From the human T2T-CHM13v2.0 reference genome, Homo sapiens, in assembly GCF_009914755.1 (NCBI RefSeq), contig NC_060934.1: 64,000 nucleotides of DNA. One strand, 5' to 3'. The translations under genes were made by a program, and so were the position numbers. The notes below the pieces were generated by a model. The model saw only the letters and a list, made by a program, of their open reading frames with translations. It was not told the DNA's origin and made no database searches. This document shows positions 59,431 to 64,000 of the stretch, one piece after another. Positions within the stretch are counted from its first letter, which is position 1, and the number at the start of each line of letters is the position of its first letter.

Positions 59431-61084
59431 TGATAATCAGTACTCATGGCTTCCAGCTGTGTAACAATCCTGCTGTTTCTCCTCTTGACCTTTTCTTATT
59501 GATGTAGGGGCCTCTTGAATGTGATGAGGAAACAGAACGGAAAACTCCAGGACAGGCCTGAGCAGCTTGTAAGAGAAGAGCATCATCGCCTTTATTCTAA
59601 ATGTGATGCTTGTTTTAACGTAGGCTAAGGGGAGTTATTAGTTTGGGCTATAGCCACATTATACTGGTAACTCGTATTAAACTTGGAGTTAACAGAAACC
59701 CCCTGATATTTTTATTCCACCCTCCATGCCATCCTAACTCAAGGGCCCTCTGAAGTCTAAAGCTGAAAGGTGGCTTACTCGAATTGAGTGGTGGGTAAAT
59801 GGGGGTTGGTTATGCATAATCTGTTTTTCAGACATTTGAAATTCTCCATATTTTTTAAATGAGGGATTTAAAGATTTCCAGGACTTAGTCTGGGCCAACT
59901 TAGTGATGATTGAATGAAATTTATTGAATGGACAGATGGAAAGATCGATCTGGTAAGTCCATGGATGTGAAAACTGAGGATCTGAGATTTTAAGTAATCT
60001 TCCTGGGTCTCATAACCAGCCAGAATTAGGCATCAGTCTTCAAGCCTGGGGAAAGAAACTGGCATTTATTGCTTTTTGTACCAGACCCCTCGCCAGGGGC
60101 TTTACCTGCCTTTTCTCATTTAATCTTTACAACCAACTTATGCCGACAAAACCAAGGTCCAGACGTCACCCAGCAATGAATGGCAGGGCTCAGCTCCAAA
60201 CCCAAGCCACCAGACCACACACTGCCTCTCTCCAGCTCTGTGTCGACGGGTAGTTCTATATGCAAAGCTATCTATATTGTTTTAAGGATAACAAGTAACA
60301 TTAAGCAACTATCTGCTGGCTCCTCTTCTATGTGCCTTATTTCTTTCAACTCACTAATCCTGATAGCAACACCATAAGATGTGAGGCAGGGAAAATGTAA
60401 ATGTCTTGCTCAAGTTCATCGTTAATAAGTAGAAGGACTGAGATGTGAACTGGATGGTCTAGTCTACGGACTGTATATTTAACAACCACAGCCTATTGAT
60501 TCTTGTCTATCAACCTGGAATCCAGAAATACATGCCTCATGTAGGCACCCTCCAGAATTCTTTGTCCTCCCTTTCTCATGTATGTCTCTTTCCCTAGACC
60601 CTTACCTCCTTTCCTCCTACCCCATCATAAATGGTTGCTTCATTTGAAATGATCTAACACAAAAATTGGTGAAATGATTATCAAATTTGCAGAGTACTCA
60701 GGTTGATGTGTGTCAAACACATTTATTATGCAACCAAAGATGCCGATTCTGGCTTGTTTTCTCAATTCCCAGCTCTAAAAGCTCGACAAGGAACATTACT
60801 AGAAAAACACATGCTCTGTAGTTAAGATGGATGAAACTGCAGTTTGTGTTGATTTTGGTAAGACAGCTAGTTAAGAACATGTTTAATTACCTGATCCCAG
60901 GGGTTGTGTTTGAATTAACCAGATGTTGGTTCCTCTCTGTACTGGAAGATGTTCTCAACGGATTCTTATTGATGATAGGAGGATCAATGGGTAAGTGTGC
61001 TTCAAAGTAATTAATAATGCATGTTTAGGTTAGAGAATTCAATAGCTTAAGAGAATAAAATATTTTAATTCCTATATCATCAAC

Positions 61085-61300
61085 AGCAGTTATTTGCAAC
61101 AAAGGACGACTTTGTCCCCCAGGGGATATTTGGCAACACCTAGAGACTTTTTGGTTGTCACAACTGGGGTGAGAGTTGCTACTGGCATCTACTGAGTAGA
61201 GGCCACAGCTTCTCCTAAACATTTACAGTGCTCAGGACAGCTCCCCACAGAAAGAATTATCTGGCTCAAAATGTTAATAGAGTGGAGGCTGAGGAACACT
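61085..61300 (+). mobile_element. MER20 hAT-Charlie fossil
   Basis: 'tttgtcccccaggggatatttggcaa...ttttggttgtcacaactgggg...tgctactggcatcta...aaagaattatctggctcaaaatgt'. Confidence 0.88.
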
Positions 61301-61636
61301 TATCTATAACAATACCAAAATAATACAAATAGTAATGAGAGAAAAGGTATTGATTTCACGATACAGAAAATGATTCATAATAATAGATTGACATTGGTCC
61401 CCACCATCACATCAACTCTATTAAAATTAATGATAATGGTTATAATTTAGTTAAAGGTCACACTGAAGCAGAGTTATCAGTATCCAATGAAAACATTTCT
61501 AGCCCTCTTTTTCTGTAGAAATTGTTCCACAACAGCCAGTTTTTCTGGGATTCACAAATTCAGGGATAACATGTAACACATGGGCTTAGCATTAACATAA
61601 CTACAGAAGGAGAATTGGCTTATAAACCTGAAGACA

Positions 61637-61947
61637 GGCTCAGCACGGTGGCTCACACCTGTAATCCTAGCACTTTGGGAGGCCAAGGCAAGCAGATCAC
61701 CTGAGATCAGGAGTTCAAGACCAGCCTGGCTAATATGGTGAAACCTTGTCTCTTCTAAAAATACAAAAATTACCCAGCGTGGTGGCGCATACCTGTAATC
61801 CCAGCTACCCAGGAGGCTGAGGCAGGAGAATTGCTGGAACCCAGGAGACGGAGGCTGGCTGCAGTGAGCTGAGATCGCACTACTGCACTCCAGCCTGGGT
61901 GACAGAATGAGACTCCGTCTCAAAAAAACAAACAAACAAAAAAAAAA
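61637..61947 (+). mobile_element. AluS (Sx/Sz-like)
   Basis: Full Alu with (CAAA)n/A tail; TSD around aaacctgaa. Confidence 0.9.
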
Positions 61948-64000
61948 CCTGAATGCAAACGAAGGTTCAAGTGAAGGTGTCACCTGCTTGGGTAAGTCAT
62001 ATAAGTCCCATGCCTGGGTTTCCCCAATCTTATAATGAAAGTAATAGAAAACTTCCTGAGGCATTAAGATGATTATATTAAATAAAGCATATCAGCCCCT
62101 TAATAAGAAGAAAACACTATCCTACAGAAGGTTTTATTAGAAGAATCGTTATTACAAGTAAAAACAGACACCTCAAACAGCCATAGAAATTGCCTGATAA
62201 TTCTAAATTCTAATAACAAATCCTAAAATAGTTATGCCCTAGTCAATTCAATCAAAGACTTAGTCATTCTTTTCTAATAAAACATGATTGTTTGAATTAA
62301 ATGCTCTTAATAATATCCCAGAATTAGATAATGGCAGTGCACCTGGAGATTTCTCTATTATCAACAGAATAGCATCTCTTTGAGAAGCAGAAATGGTTGA
62401 GTGAGTTCTGAAATGAGACTAGAAAAAACAAAAATAGATATGGGGAAAAAGAACAATGTATAAAACAATCTTTCAATTAAGACTAAACAGAAAAAAGAGG
62501 CATATAGGCCAAAATCTGGGGCAGAGAACACTCTTCCCTTATGGTTTTATGACATTAGACAAGTTTTTCAGTTTCAAGAGGACAGGCACATGATTTTAGT
62601 AAAAGGAAGGCTGTATTGAATAACTAAAGGCGTGAAAATAGAAGGACAAACAATTTTTAAAATAAAAAAGGCAAACATAATGCCCTAAAGCATATCCTTG
62701 GTTAAATAATTTATTTTTCCGAGTTGCATGGAACAAGAGCAGGTTAAACTGTACCCTTCTGTAAAATTAAGTAGAACTCTCTATATAAGGGTATCAGGAG
62801 CAGAGGGCCCCCTTTTAATCTGTGAAGTGATGCACTTTAAAAATTCCATGCAGTGCTGGCCCAAGGCTAAATTTTCATATCAAACACAATGAAATTCAGG
62901 AGGAACTTATACCAAATTAATTTTCTCAAAGCATACATTGATTTGCTCACTTCCTACACTCCGTGCAAACTCAAAAGCCAGCTGAGGCTCTGTAAAGAGT
63001 GTAAGTTCAGACCCTCCTCCTGCCAGTTTCCCTCCCATTCCCTCTGTTGGCTGTCACACCTGCTATTATGCACAACTCCCTCCCTGAATTAGGGCCCTGG
63101 ATCCCCTGCTTTCCTCTTTCCAAGGCCGCTTTTGCTGCTGCTTTTCCCCAGGAGGAATACTCACATTTGGATCCTAGCCAGCTCAGCCGCCACCCCTCCA
63201 GGAAGCCTCCCTGACTTCCCCAGCTGGAAGGCTGCCAGCAGCCCATCCTGCAGCCCTTCCCAACAGCTCACCTATCACACTTTTTGTATTCTAGATTATT
63301 TTGTTCCTGGACCCAACACCATGCTAAGCAGGAGAGGAAGAAGGAAAGAAGGGAGGGAAGCCCTGGCTTCAGCATCCTTTGAGCACTTGCTGCTTGCTTG
63401 CCCAGCATTTCCCCAACATCCTTGCTCTTCCAACTCTTGCATAATCCTGGGGAGTCAGCACACTCCACTTACAGAGGAGAAAACTGAGGCTCAGGGAGGT
63501 CCCCTGCTCTTTCCCCCACTCTATGTGGCCACAGCTTCTCCAATCTGCCTGGGGCACCCCACCAGTGATGTGTTGCTTACTGTAGGCTGCCTGGACACTT
63601 TTGGTGCGAATGCTAGAAAAATGAATTCCATTGACAGACCTCAGCATTACTTAGTGGGAGCCAAGGAGGCCAGTTGCTTTAAGCACTCCTGGAGCATTGC
63701 CTCAGGCCACTGGATAATTCTGGGCAAGCTGATAGCCACTGCCCCAGCCCCAAACGCCCTGGGTCCCCTATCGGAAATAGATTCCCTCACACCAAGCCGA
63801 TGCCTGGGCTGCCCACACACTGCCATGCAGAGTAACAGGGTGACAGGCCGTAGCATTCATGGCTGCCACTGTATAAATATTCCTAGCATGGAAAAGCAGT
63901 CTTAGACTCATGGTGGCTTTTTAGGATTATATTTACATCAAACGCAGCCACTAACTTGGGGAACATCTTGACAACCCACCTCTCTCCTTCCTCTCTGGGG

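Noticed and set aside
61552-62064. 170-aa ORF and similar Alu-overlapping ORFs across the window
   Set aside because: Typical Alu-derived translations (e.g. [21 protein letters not shown]).
63132-63905. 257-aa ORF
   Set aside because: TTG start, no recognisable domain, and it runs through a MIR-core fragment ('ttacagaggagaaaactgaggctcag'); most likely a chance ORF.

Overview
Primate genomic DNA, most likely human: SVA elements are restricted to hominoids, and the window also holds AluY/AluS, L1PA, THE1, MER41 and other primate repeats. I find no supportable protein-coding gene, RNA gene or CRISPR array. The listed ORFs are short, often start at TTG/GTG, and mostly come from Alu, L1, SVA, LTR or minisatellite sequence. 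The window looks like an intergenic region or large intron dense in transposable elements: about 13 Alus, many old L1/L2/MIR fragments, more than 10 solo LTRs, several DNA-transposon fossils, one full-length SVA and a ~16-copy GC-rich minisatellite. The most notable structures are: (i) a twin-primed, 5'-inverted L1PA missing about 2 kb internally, with TSDs; (ii) a 3.5-kb cluster of three ERV1 LTRs (MER57-like, MER50, MER41) that keeps TATA, AP-1, GATA, TEAD and GAS motifs; (iii) a constant-head/variable-tail VNTR; (iv) a nested stack of SVA and four LTRs inside an old L1; (v) an AluYd-type element; (vi) a candidate C/EBP-AP-1-ETS enhancer in unique sequence. I found no convincing new biological system. 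Family and subfamily names come from recalled consensus sequences and should be confirmed with RepeatMasker/Dfam.
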